Positions 25,493 through 37,974 of a stretch of DNA of 64,000 bases are shown piece by piece. The DNA is from Mobula hypostoma (taxonomy: Eukaryota), in contig NC_086097.1 of NCBI RefSeq assembly GCF_963921235.1, forward strand, positions 210,368,001-210,432,000, read 5' to 3'. The notes beneath the pieces were generated by a model, which made no database searches, had not been told where the DNA came from, and saw only the letters and a program-made list of their open reading frames with translations. Each line of letters opens with the position of its first letter. Positions within the stretch are counted from its first letter, which is position 1. The translations under genes and the position numbers were made by a program.

Positions 25493-27267
25493 TAAAAGTC
25501 ATCTAAGGTACGGTGAAAGACAAGACAAGACAAGACCAACACAAATGAACAGCAGACAGTACCTATCTAGCTCCAGCGATGGAACTAGACCGAAGTGCAG
25601 GTGGGGGCTGCAGACGAGGGCTAGAGGTGAGAGGGGCAGAGAAGGGATTCAGACAAGGGGGTAGGAAAGGAATCACAGACCGCCAGGGCCAGGACTTGAC
25701 TCAGAACTGGGAAGCTGCCAGGGCCAGGACTTGACTTGGTGCTAGAATGCCGCCAGGGCCGGGACTTGACTTGATGCTAGAATGCTGCCGGAGCCAGGAC
25801 TTGACTTGGCGCCTCTGGGTAGTGGCAAGCTCTCGACTCGGCCCGGGAACAGTAGACAGCATTTCTTGATTCCCTCCGGCGGGTTAACTGATGGACCCAC
25901 CTCGGTGAGGGAACTTTGCAGGCTCGCTTTGGTGAGGTAACTGGACAGGGTTGCTCCGGTGAGGAAAAGGCGAATTACTGGCACTCGCTTCGGCAGAGAC
26001 TAGGCTTGCTCCAGCCAGATGACATCGGCACATTGTACCTTAGATAACTTTGCAGACGCTCCCCGCCCCGAACGGCTGAAAGCCAGAGACTATAAGCTAC
26101 TGGTTCAGCCGAGCATTAATTGCCTCTAATCACCAAAGTCGAGGTACACGGGAAAACAGGGAATCAACGGTCCGGATCGTAACATAAACAAGGTAAATTT
26201 AAAGGGACCCCAATCCGAAACATGACAACCTCGACTATACCTCTTCCCACCCCGCCACATGCAAAAATGCCATTCCCTATTCCCAGTTCCTCCGTCTCCA
26301 CCGCATCTGCTCCCAGGATGAGGCTTTCCGTTCCAGGACATCTCAAATGTCCTCTCTCTTTAAGGATTGTGGTTTCCCTTCTACGGTGATCAATGATGCC
26401 CTCACCTGCATCTCCTCCATTTCCCGCACTTCGGCCCTCACCCCATCTTCCTGCCATCACAACAGGGACAGAGTTCCCCTTGTCCTCACCTACCACCCCA
26501 CCAGCCTCTGGATCCAGCACATTATCCTCCGCAACTTCCACCACCTTCAACAGGAGCCCACCACTAAGCACATCTTTCCCTCTCAACCCCCCTCGGCTTT
26601 CTGCAGGGATCGATCCCTCCGCGACTCACTTATCCGCACGTCCATCCCCATGGATCGCCCACCCGGCACTTATCCCTGTAAGTGTAAGTGCTACACCTGT
26701 CCCTACACCTCCTCTCTTGCCACCATTCAGGGCCCCAAACAGTCCTTCCAGGTGAGACAAAACTTCACTTGCGAATCTGTTGGGGTCATCTATTGCATCC
26801 GGTGCTCCCAGTGCGGTCCCCTCTACATCGGTGAAACCCGACGCAGATTGGGAGACCGCTTCGTCGAGCACCTCCACTCCATCTGCCACAACAGACAGGA
26901 TCTCCCGGTAGCCGCCCACTTCAACTCTGCTTCCCATTCCCATTCAGATATGTCCTTACATGGCCTCCTCTACTGCCATGATGAGGCTAAACTCAGGTTG
27001 GAGGAGCAACACCTCATATACTGTCTAGGTAGTCTCCAGCCTCTTGGTATGAACATAGAACTCTCCAACTTCCGGTAATTCCCTCCCCCTCCCTTCCTCT
27101 ATCCCTATTTCACATCACCTCCCTCATAGTTCCGCCTCCTTCTACTACTGCGCATTGTTCTCCTGCCAATCACCTCCCTGCTTCCCCTCCCCCATCCCTT
27201 TGTCTTTCAAATTACTGTTTTTTTCAACTACCAGCATTCTTCAAACCCTCCCCAAAGTTCTTCCTTC

Positions 27268-27303
27268 AGTCCTGACGAAGGGTTTTGGCCCGAAACGTCA
27301 ACT
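27268..27303 (+). ncRNA. Minimal type I hammerhead ribozyme motif in the Penelope pLTR
   Basis: AGTC-CTGACGA-AGGG-TTTTGG-CCC-GAAAC-GTC-AACT gives the CUGANGA and GAAA core, stem II GGG/CCC, a GUC cleavage triplet and stem I AGUC/(G>A)ACU. Confidence 0.75.
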
Positions 27304-28339
27304 AATCTTTTCAACTGATGCTGACTGACCTGCTGAGTTCCTCCAGCATATTGTGAGTGTTCCTGGTCCAAGTCAGGTCATTTGTGATATTGACCCCGAG
27401 GAACTTAAAGCTTTTGACCTGTTCCACTTGCGCACCACCGATGTAAATTGGGTCGTGCAGTCTGCTACTCCTTCTGAAGTCAACAACCAATTCCTTCGTC
27501 TTGCTGACATTGAGGGATAGGTTATTGTCTTCGCACAATGCCACCAGGTTCTTAATTCCCTCTTTGTACTCAAACTCATCATTACCCGAGATACGGCCTA
27601 CAATTGTTGTGTCATCAGCAAACTTATATATGGAGTTCGATGGAAACTTGGCTACACATCATGGGTGTACAGTGAGTACAGCAGGGAGCTGAGTACACAG
27701 CCTTGTGGGGCACCGGTGCTCAGAGTAATTGTAGAGGAGAGCTTGTCCCCTATTTTTACAGCCTGGATCCTGTCTGTGAGGAAGTTGAAGATCCAGCTGC
27801 AGATCTGAGTGCTAAGGCCCAGGTTCTGGAGCTTAGGAATCAGTTTATTTGGCATGATGGTATTAAAGGCAGAGCTGTAGTCAATGAAAAGGAGCCTTAC
27901 GTATGCGTCTTTTTTCTCCAGGTTTTCTAAGGAGGAATGTAGGGCTATAATCTTTTATTGTCAGGTAACAGTGTTGTTTACTAGGGGAAAATTGTCAGAG
28001 AACCTTGGTCTAGTTTTCATCATGGCTTGGCTTTGCGAACAAAGATTTAGGAAGGGGGCTGCCCATGTCTGCTGCAGGCTCACTGGTGGTTGACGAAGCC
28101 AATATGGGATAGGCAGGTCCAGCCACAGAGGCTGTAAGGGAAATTCTGTTCTAGTAGGTGTTAAATTAAGCTCCAGTTAAGGGTGGATTATATTTTATTT
28201 GACACAGATCTTCACTGAAGTTAGATCTGTTATGGAGGCATGGGTTATATCCAAGCTAAAGTATCATAGGGCCCAAGAACAGACAGCACCTTCAGCAGAG
28301 TTCTAAATCAAAGTTCTAAAACATTGATGTGTGGATCTC

Positions 28340-29290
28340 ATGTGGTTCCCTCTAAACTGTGCACCAGAGTGTTAGAAAGTCTGCATGAAGGACATCTGGA
28401 GCCTCGCCCAGAACTACGTGTCATGGCCAGGAAAAGATAAACAGATTGAAAACTTGTCCAAGAGATGTTCGGGATACCAAAAAGTTCAAAATGCACCCCC
28501 AGAGGCACCGTTGCACCCATGGGGGGGACCATCTTCAGCTTGGCAAAGAGTACCTATTGACTTTGCCAAGCTATTCATGTTTCTGATTGCTGTGGACGCT
28601 CATTCAAAGTGGCCGGAGTACATACCAATGAAGTCAACCACATCAGCAAAGACTGTCTCTGCTCTGAGGACAATCTTTGTCAGAAACGGCTAACGCGAAC
28701 AAATTGTGAGTGACAACGGACTGCAGTACATGTCAGAAGAATTCCGACCGTTCATGAAGAAAAATGGCGTCAGACATCTCAAGTCAGGTCCTCACCACCC
28801 AGCAATGAATGGGTTAGCTGAAAGGTTCATCCAAACCTTCAAGAAGTCCATTAGAGTGATGGACAAGGAGGACTTTTTTCTACAGCACAAGGTGGACAAT
28901 TTCCTTTTTGTGAATTGGAACTTAGTTCATGTGACAACAAAGCAAACACCTGCAATGCTGTTCATGAACAGGAATCTGAGATCTTGCATAGACGTCCTGA
29001 AACCAGACCTCTAGAGGGAAGTGCAGAGTAAACAGTTCAGCCAGTTGCCCAGTGATGCAGCAAAGGGCTTCAAGATTGGAAGTCCTAGGGCATGATTACT
29101 GAGAAGACAAGTGGACACCCGGTAAGATAGCTCCAAGCACTGGACTGCTGATGTACACAGTGGATGTTGGAGATCAGACATGGAGACGCCATGTGGACCA
29201 GATACCGGATGCTCAACTGAAGAACGCACCTGAGTCGACTGCATCCCTCCAACAAGACGGACACGTTCCAGTCACTGGATTTACCTCTCA
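28340..29290 (+). mobile_element. Gypsy-type LTR retrotransposon integrase remnant
   Basis: LHEGH...WPG...C zinc-binding region, WQRVPIDFA, IAVDAHSKWPE, SDNG and PHHPAMNGLAERFIQTFK (DDE core), with stops and frameshifts. Confidence 0.88.
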
Positions 29291-30254
29291 ATGATGAAGC
29301 TGGTTGAGTTTATAACTCTCTGCAGCTTTTACTGATCCTGTGCATTGGTGCTTCCATAGCAGACAGAATATATCTATAGAAATTTGCTAGTCTTTGGTGA
29401 CAACCAAATCTCCTCACACTTACAGTGAAGTATAGCTGCTGGTGTGCCTTCTTCATAATTGCATCATTATGTTAGTCCCAGATAAATACTCCGAGATGTC
29501 GACAGAAGGCATTAAGTGACCATCTTCTGTATAGCACAATGGTAAAATAGCAGTTGGCAGTTAAATTAAGAATAAGTTTTATTTCCTGAAAGTTGTACTT
29601 CTGCCACTTACTGTGCAAGTCAGGCCTATTTGGTCACTTAATTTTCTGGCTAGTTGTATATTCAGGGAGTCATCATTAACATTTAATAAAAGGGGTTACT
29701 TGGAGTTAGTACTTAGAACCTTTAAGAACAGACACCAGTATTGAATATTCAAAGGAGTTCTGTGAGTTAGGATATACAACTATAGTAAATATTCTATAGT
29801 GTTACCTGTCTATATTCAAAATGTTAAAGTGTTTATAGCTTTGAAACTGTAATATAACTGTTTTCTTTGTGTCTAAAACATATGAAATATCATGTCGGGA
29901 GAGAGTGATTCTCTTGGATCCTCTTCTACTCTCTCTTCAGAAGATCTGCTGTGTGAATATTTCTCAGTTTCAACTTCCATGTGGCTCAGTTTTAGTCAGT
30001 AATACCATACTTATCTCTCTGAGGAAGTGAGAACACTGCTTGTAATTGGCAAATACATTCCAAGAAGTTACAGTGAAACGTTCATGCCAGAATTTCAGTC
30101 TTTGGTGGGAAACAGACACAGTCAATATTCTAACCCAGGCTGGTGAAATGGTGTAGCACTGTCCTGGCACAGTTGCATCTTGTGGAATGACATCTGCTCT
30201 GTAGCTGCATCTACTTTCAGTCAGGTGAAAGTAAACATTTCTTTCTTTTATTTA

Positions 30255-30525
30255 GTTTTATTGAGATACAGCTTAGATTAGACCCTTCCGACCCTTCAAG
30301 CCATGCAATCCCCAGATTTAATCTGAGCCTAATCACAAGAATAATTTACAACGATCAATTAACCTACCAACTTGTGTATCTTTGGACTGTGGGAGTAAAC
30401 TGGAGCACCCGGACAAAACCCACGTAGTCGCGGGGAGACCGTACAAACTCCTTACAGGCAGTGGTGGGAAATGAACATGTAACTGTACTGTACTGTAAAA
30501 CATTATGCTAACCAACCCACTACTA
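30255..30525 (-). mobile_element. V-SINE (HE1-like)
   Basis: The reverse strand reads gggttttgtccgggtgctccagtttactcccacagtccaaaga. Confidence 0.65.
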
Positions 30526-33500
30526 TCCAGTCTTGTATGGAGGTGGCAGGTCAATTTGAAAACTGTGGCACTAATTCGAAAAAATGCCGGAATAATTATT
30601 TCATAATCAACATGCCTTAAAATGGATAATTTAGATAGAATTTATTTTCCTGCTTTATGGCATCTTGCTATACACACATTTACAGCTACATTTCTTACAG
30701 AATGATACAGCTGAACAACATAGCAATGGGCCATCTCACCCTCAGCCGTGCTGGCTGTTACATTTACCTGCACTAATTCCATTTGCTGTATCATGCCCAT
30801 ATCTTTCTGTACTATTCCTGTTGAGATACCTGTCCAAATGTTTTCAAGCAGTATAATTGTGTCTCTTCTAGCAGCTCATTCAAGATAACCACCTCCCCTC
30901 ATGAGGAAACCCTACTCCTCAGATCTTCTTTAAGTTTCTCCCCCTCACCATAAACTTATGCCCTCCAGTTCCAGACTTCACTGCCCTGGGAAATAGACTC
31001 TAACGATATCTTGGCGCAGCATCCAGGTTTCAAAAATACAATTGACTAAAAAGTACTTTTGGGTATATACAGTAATTTATAGGATTGTACGCGAGTTTCA
31101 GGGGACTTATGCCAAATTAAAAGGGAAGAATTTGCACTTACTCCATAAGTTTCATTTATCTCAGCAAGTTTTTTATTGTAAATAAATTACAGTACTTGGT
31201 AGTTTTGAATTACGGAACTGCTCTTTACATAGACTGTTGGTGTAGAGAGCTTAGCAGCCTGTAGGTGGGGCATTTGAGCTGCAAGGAACAAGCTTTATTT
31301 TCACTTCTGATATTCATTGCTGTGAGTTTGAATATATGGTGCAGCTTTGTAGAGAAATGGAATATAAAGCAAGGTGCATAAATTGACAAAGGTATGTACT
31401 TGGAATTGTGCAGGTTTTGACCTGAAAAGTCGGTTGTCCATTTCCCACAGATTCTACCTGACCTGCTAAATTCCTCCGACATTTTGTGTGCTGCAATCAG
31501 ATCAAGATCTGCCTTCATCTGAAGGAGACCAAGTGGTCCACAATTACCAGTGGCTTTTGGAAGGCAGTCTTTTATGGAGGTGGCAGGTTAGGACATTTTT
31601 CATATGGATATTGAATGTTAGTTCAATCCCCTTGCATGCTTCAGTAAACAATCTGGACAATGACCCAGAGCTCAGACTCCAAACCTGTGCAGATTCAAGC
31701 TTGACTACCGAGGCTTCAGTGACCTTGGTTCTATACTGTAGTTGCTTGGATTGAATAGTTCTCCATTAGTTCTACTCTTGAGGGAAATTTGTTGAAAGTG
31801 AATTGAAGCATTGAGAAAAGAAAGTCTGAGGAATTAACACAACTTTTTTGAGGTGGATCTTCACTTATATTGGCTCAGTTGCAGACCTGATAGCTGAGAT
31901 CATGCCTTCTATGCTCAAAGGTATCATAGAGACTGGTTTCTAAGGGCAGCCAAATTTGACATTCCCTTGCAGTTGATAGAGGTAAAGGCTTATGAGAGAT
32001 TGATAAAGGCCATTTCTAGAGGCAGGTGCTGCTCCTTTAATTTTCCATGAAGTCAAGATTCAGTGAAGATTATGCCTAATGTGTATCTATTTGAAACTAA
32101 CTCATATTGCCATTCTGGAAAAGACTCCAGTCACTGGAAGGAAGCAATTGAGGAGGGGCCTGCAGATAACTTCTTTTCTTGAAGGTGGTCATGTTTATGA
32201 CATATTTGAGGTCCCTGATGTCCGTTTCTCCTTCCAGATATGGATGATGAAATTTTGGATTTTGACTGAAGCTCTTTGTCAGGGAGTATTCTGGAGTTTT
32301 GCAAATATAGCAGATATTTATTTATTCAAGCAAGAACCAGTCTTCAGTTTTTGTTGTAAATGACAAGCAGTAAACAGAACTTAACAGCCCACAGACTAAC
32401 AGATATGGTTTGAAAAATGGTGATCATGAGATCTATGTATATGCATCAGCCAAAGGTTAAGACAATAGGATTCTGTTAGTTGGGTATGCATCAAAACAGG
32501 CAACATGAGCTAGGTTATTTGCACCATTGTGACTTGAGTTCAAACTGGCCAATCAGACTGACGTAACTTAGCAATCAATAGTTTTTTGTATACTTACGAT
32601 ATTTGTGCACTCAGAGATGGCCATGACAACATTAATCATGGATGTCTGCAATTTCTGGTCCCAGAAGCTTTTAGACTATTTGTGTGAATCACTTTATGAT
32701 AAAGGTGTCTGAACATTCAGAGGTGTCTCCCACTGTAGAAATGTAATTCAAAGGAAGCATTGCCAAACCAAATTATTAAAGTAAACAATGGCAAAATTAA
32801 ATTCCTCCAAGATGGTGCCAACCACCAACGTGACTAATTGCAAAGTCCTGCAGGCAGCTCACAAAACTATTTCTTCTCCTTCCTCTTTTAAGTATACCTT
32901 GACTATTAATCCGTGTGCAATTCAGTCCTGTAATTTATATCCTGATAATGTGCTTTGGGGCCAGCTGAGGGCTTTTGCTGTGTCCGAGGGAAGTCAGCGT
33001 GGCTGAGAGTGAGGTTGCCAATGGAGTGTACCGAATGGTGGAGCATGAACCCATAATCAGATCCAGTTCTTGAGCGGAAGGCGAGCAGATGTTCAGCACC
33101 GTCTGCCTGTGTTTGACCGGTCTCCCTCTCCCTCTCGCTTGCTTTGCTGCTATCGGAGGGAAGGTGCATGAGTCTTGGGACTTGGGCAAGGTTTGAGGAT
33201 TGGACTCATTTTTACAGGACTCTGCAATCCATATCATATGTGGCTCTGGTTTTCTGGTTACTTGTTTTTTTAATTGCTATTTTGAGTGATTTTGATCGGA
33301 GCGGATTGCCTCTGTGATCTACAAGTGACAAAGTGCTAAATTTAACTGAACTGAATTAAACAGCACATTCCTAGACTGTGTCAAGGAGTCTGTGATTTGA
33401 TGTTTAATATTCTGCGTGTTATTGCTCAGCTTTTGTTGTTTACACAATTTGTTCATTTTTTTGCATGTTGGGTGTTTAATGTTTTCTTTGAATGGGTTCC

Positions 33501-33529
33501 ACGATGAATCTCAGGGTTAGTAATAATAA

Positions 33530-34135
33530 TAATAATAATAACTTTATTAATCCTGAATGGTAAATTATTTAATTACAGCAGCAACATTTAAAAACACACT
33601 TAGCAATAATAAATAATAACACATATGCTACTGCTAATAATATTCAAAGTACAGAATAATGTACACAATAATAATTTATAAATCAGCAATAATGTACAAT
33701 ACTGTGCAATAATGTACAAAATAATAAAACAGAAACTATTGTACTACGACGTGTTTTCTCCAGTCGCATAGAGATGAACTGTTGCATATGCTTATTGCGT
33801 TTGGTAGGAAAGATTTTCTGTAACGATCCTTATGACAATGGAGCTCAATGGGTTGGAAAGGGTGATCCACTGCTTATTCAGTAGATCATGGAGAGGATGT
33901 GCCAGGTTGTCCAAAATGGATAACAGTTTGCTTAGTGACCTCTCCACCACGAACTCAAAAGAACCCAGGTTGTAGCCAAGGGCGGATCGAGCCTTTTTGA
34001 TGAGCTTATGTAGTCTTTTTGCATCACCAACACTGATGCTGCTGCCCCAACATAAAGCAGCAAAGAAGGCTGCGCTTGCTACTGTAGACTGATAAAAGAT
34101 CTCCAGCATCCTGCTGCACACATTGAAGGATCTGT
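33530..34135 (-). mobile_element. Rex/L2-group LINE 3' fragment with an (AAT)n tail
   Basis: RSFNVCSRMLEIFYQSTVASAAFFAALCWGS...LHKLIKKA; aataataataataat near 33525. Confidence 0.75.
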
Positions 34136-36404
34136 ATACTGCATACATACTTTGATAATGAATGTACTTTGAATCATTGTAACAATTCAAATTGTATTGA
34201 TTCACCTTTGATCTTAAGAATATAAAAATGTGATGCATTTTGGAGTTTGTGAACCTCTACCGAGCGTGTCTCCTCGAGAATGTCTGCCAGTTGTGATGAA
34301 TAAAGACATCTATATCATGAGACACCATGTCTCTCCTGTGACTTTGATCAGTCACAACACTCTTCAGTCTGAATTTTAACTTTGGCTGGGATGCTTTCTG
34401 CTTCCGAAGCCTTTTATTTTCAGTTAAGATATTGCTTCATCAACTTCAGTGCGGTGTGACAGCAAGAGGACAGAGGCCAGGGAGCTCACATCAGAGACAG
34501 AATTACCAATAAGGTCTTTGAAGTCATCCTTTCCAATGATTATTGACTCCTTTTCTATCCTTGATAAGTTCTCCTGTGTTCTTGGCTGATAGACAAGGAT
34601 TCCGGATGTTTGGGCTATAAAAAGCCAGGACAACACTGAAGAACCCACAAATGTAAATGAATTACTTGGCCTCCCACTCTTTTAAACCATAATGTAAAGA
34701 GCTGAATAAGAACGCCCAGAACAGATACATGGAAGACCTCAGTGGAAACCTAACTGAAGGGTTTCAAGAATGGAATTGTGGAAAAGGTTACACAGATCTG
34801 GACAGTGCTAACTTACTTAACACTATCAAAAAGAAAAGGGAAGTTGAGGATGGTATGATAATTTATAATGACATCAGAGTAATGGTTGTATTTCTGATGG
34901 GGAGAGTACTACTTTACAATATCAGCTATAGGAATCCAAGAAATTGTCAATAATATTAGCATGTGTATTCCAACAATCCATCAGCATTGTGGTCTATTTA
35001 ACACATTCTTGTTTCTAAATTATCAGTCTATTTGTCCAACATAGATTATTAGCAAAGCAGAAATTGTCCTCTAATTAATACTTTTTCAGAAGTGAAATCG
35101 GTGTTATTCATCACCTCTGTTCTCTAACCTGTGAGTATATCCCTCTCCTGGCATCTGTGTGAAAAGGACTGACGGATGAAAGATTAGTATTATATCTGAT
35201 TTTTGACAACAGCTTTTGATTATAAGCAAGTGTCATCATTAAGAATACTTCTTTTTTTATTCCTATATCAACCTAGCTCAAATGTTGTTGAAACTTGTGC
35301 CCATACGTTTATTTTTCTAGACAAATCCCTGCTTGCCTCCCTTATTCCACCTTCTGTAAACTTGAGATCGTATCAAGATCTTTTGTCTGTGTCTCAGTAT
35401 TCACCCCGTTACCCTTCAGTGACTTATATTGGCAAACTCTGTTTTAAAATCCCTAGCGTTACCCTCAGACTACACCATTATTTTGCCCCTCTCTATTTCC
35501 GTACTTTTTCCCAGTCAATAACCTTCTTAGGTATCTTACATTTCTAGTGTTTCAATTTCTTTTCAATTCAGCGACTACATCATTGTGTTTTCAAGGCACC
35601 GAGCTCTGGAATATGCCCCACAGCCTGTTCATTTTATTTCTTGCCTGACACTTTGCAAAAATTCTCACAAAAAAGTACCTCTGATCAAGCTTTTGGTTGT
35701 CTGGTCTAATATCTTCACACAAATGGCTTGATGTCAGAATTTATTTTGAAAATGTTTTTGTAATGTGCCTTGGGATGATGTACTATATCAAGAGTGCTGC
35801 ATAAATAAAAATTGTAATAATCAGATGACATTTGATAGTGAATATGAACATTAGAGGGTTTTTTTGACATTTTTCAGAATTGAAAGAGTATGACAAAGTA
35901 GAGAGAAACACTTTTGTGGTGCAATGGGAATTGTGATAAGGTTGAAAGGTTCATTTTATTATCAAATTACTGTCTACAACTCAGAAATTCTTCAATTCTC
36001 TGGGTAGCCATGAAACCAGGAAAGAAAAGAAAAGCAGCACGATCATCACCCCCCAAATCCTCCTCCCCGTAAAAAAAACACAACCAAAAATGAAAGAGGC
36101 ACAACAGCCCCCAAATCCCTCCTCCCACACAAAAAAGAAAAGTGAACTTGCAATCCACATCAGACTGCTTGGGAGAGAAACTTAATCTGGACAGGCAGCA
36201 AAATATGTTGGACTAGCATAGAAATTTTTTTTTATAACGTACGTCAGTAAAGTTAGATCAATTAATGGTTTGAAACATAAAACCAATTAAACTCATGTTA
36301 GACTCTAGGCATAAGAGAATGGAAATGCTAGAAGATGGAGCAAAATAACGCTGCTGGTGGAATACAGCAGTATGAGCCGCATCGGAAACAGTGACCATCC
36401 CAAT

Positions 36405-36490
36405 GAACACACACAAAAAGTGCTGGTGAACGCAGCAGGCCAGGCAGCATCTATAGGAAGAGGTACAGTAGACGTTGCGGGCTGAGACCC
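36405..36490 (-). mobile_element. Penelope pLTR-derived short element
   Basis: The reverse strand reads gggtctcagcccgcaacgtctactg...tagatgctgcctggcctgctgcgttcaccagcac, the same family as 8459-8579. Confidence 0.75.
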
Positions 36491-37974
36491 AATGTCATCC
36501 CAATGAGTTAGCTTGTTGTTCATATTGGACTGAGTTTGATATTCCCTTTCCTCTTAATACTTTAAAAGATATGGAACCATGGCAGGGAACTGAACCTGAG
36601 ACACGTTCCTCTGGGCATTAAAGTATAAATTAAAGTTAATAGAACATTGAACTTAAGATGTACAGTATAACAGAGGAACAAGTCCTTTGCCCACAATATT
36701 GTGCCTAATGAATTAAGCCAATGACATCAAATCCTTTCTCCCTGCATTTGGTCTATATCCCTCCATTCGTTGCATATTCATCTGCCTATCTAAGATCCTT
36801 TGTTATAGCTGCTTTCACCATCACTAACCCTGGCAACACACTTCAGGGACCCATCACTGTGCAGAAAATTTGCCCCCACAGTTCCTTTGAACTTTCCACC
36901 TCACCTTAAATACATGCCCTCTAGCATTAGATACTTCAACCCAAGTGAAAAAAACCTCACACACACATACAGAGGCTATCTAGTCTATGTCTCTCATAAC
37001 TTTATAAACTTCTATCAAGGCTCCCTTCAGCTCCAACCAGTCCAGAGAAAACAACTCTTTGTTAATCTAAACTCTTTTTATATCAAATGCTCTCTATTCC
37101 AGACAGCATCCTGGTAAACCTCTTCTGAACCCTCGCCAGAACCTCCACATTCTCTGGGAAGTTGATTGGTGAAAGGGATACAGGGCTGGAGAAGGGGAAA
37201 TCTGATATGAGAGGACAGAAGAGCACGGAAGAAAGAAAAGCAGGAGGAGCACCAGAGGGAGGAGATGATAGGCACGCGAGGAGATAAGGTGACAGGGAAA
37301 TGGTGAAGGAGGGCGAGGGGACACATTACTGAAGCTGCTGTTTTATAAGTTGCAACATAATTGTCTGATTCTTGGACTCAGTGCCTTGACTAACACAGCA
37401 TGTCATACACCTTCCCTAACCCCACATCAACTTGTACAGTCACTTTCAGGGAGCTATGGAATTGCATAGCAAAATCACAAATGATCTCATCTTCTTCCCA
37501 TTATTACTGAAAAATATTCATTCATTGCATTTCAACTTGTACAGAGCCATTACAAGTAATGATCACCCTTCCAAAGGAATTGTGGAAGAACTGTAAAATA
37601 TAAACACAGTGTGCAAATTATGTTTTTTTTTAAATGATAGCTTTTGGGTTTGAAAGACAAGTTTAGGAGTCAATGGCATCAACAAAATATTTTTTTCATG
37701 TTCTTTGGAAGATGAATCAGGGTGTTCTGCAAGATCTGCAAGGTCACATTGTGAATCACACATACAGTAAAATCAACTGCAAATAGTGGAAAATTATTTC
37801 AGTTGCAAGGAGACATTGGGCCCTTAGGTGGGTGAGTGAGGAAAAGGTATGGGTGTTGGAACTCCTATGCAAATTACAGTGGAAAAAATATTACAATTCC
37901 AGGGTGCTGAGGAGCAAATTGCCTCTTTCAAATGTTGTAAAAGGGAAGGGATCAAGGAATAGGATTCACACTAG

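Larger units (their letters stand above)
24435..26227 (-). mobile_element. Solo LTR with internal minisatellites, inserted in the Penelope ORF
   Basis: Ends are TGTCA...TGACA, with a 5-bp TSD ACCTC at 24430-24434 and 26228-26232. AATAAA on the minus strand near 24510 suggests the orientation. The block is absent from the other arm. Confidence 0.85.
22076..27363 (+). mobile_element. Penelope-like element (Neptune-type), full-length-ORF arm interrupted by a solo LTR
   Basis: The ORF runs from ATG 22121 to 27078. It has an N-terminal FLGTCLRRHLLP block, VLSKGLTF, KPADKG, RT YIDD and C-terminal GVIYCIRC..C..LYIGET (GIY-YIG). Stops at 22691 and 23336 plus frameshifts. Confidence 0.92.
18620..27945 (-). 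mobile_element. Rex/Babar-like LINE 3' part (18620-19291 and 27364-27945) interrupted by the Penelope insertion
   Basis: The right piece has [29 protein letters not shown] and SFKFLGV. The left piece has LPSGRRL..KTRTARFRNSFFP. The two pieces are contiguous across the 13-bp TSD. Confidence 0.85.

Noticed and set aside
24815..25810. Spaced direct repeats that resemble a CRISPR array
   Set aside because: These are degenerate tandem units with no unique spacers and no cas genes, inside a eukaryotic LTR.
19746..26943. Many overlapping alternative-frame and antisense ORFs (Pro/Ser-rich or Gly/Glu-rich)
   Set aside because: They are by-products of the C-rich, stop-poor Penelope sequence and carry no independent motifs.
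29930..30230. Acceptor-like site followed by Cys-containing short frames
   Set aside because: The frames I translated close quickly and match no protein I recognise.
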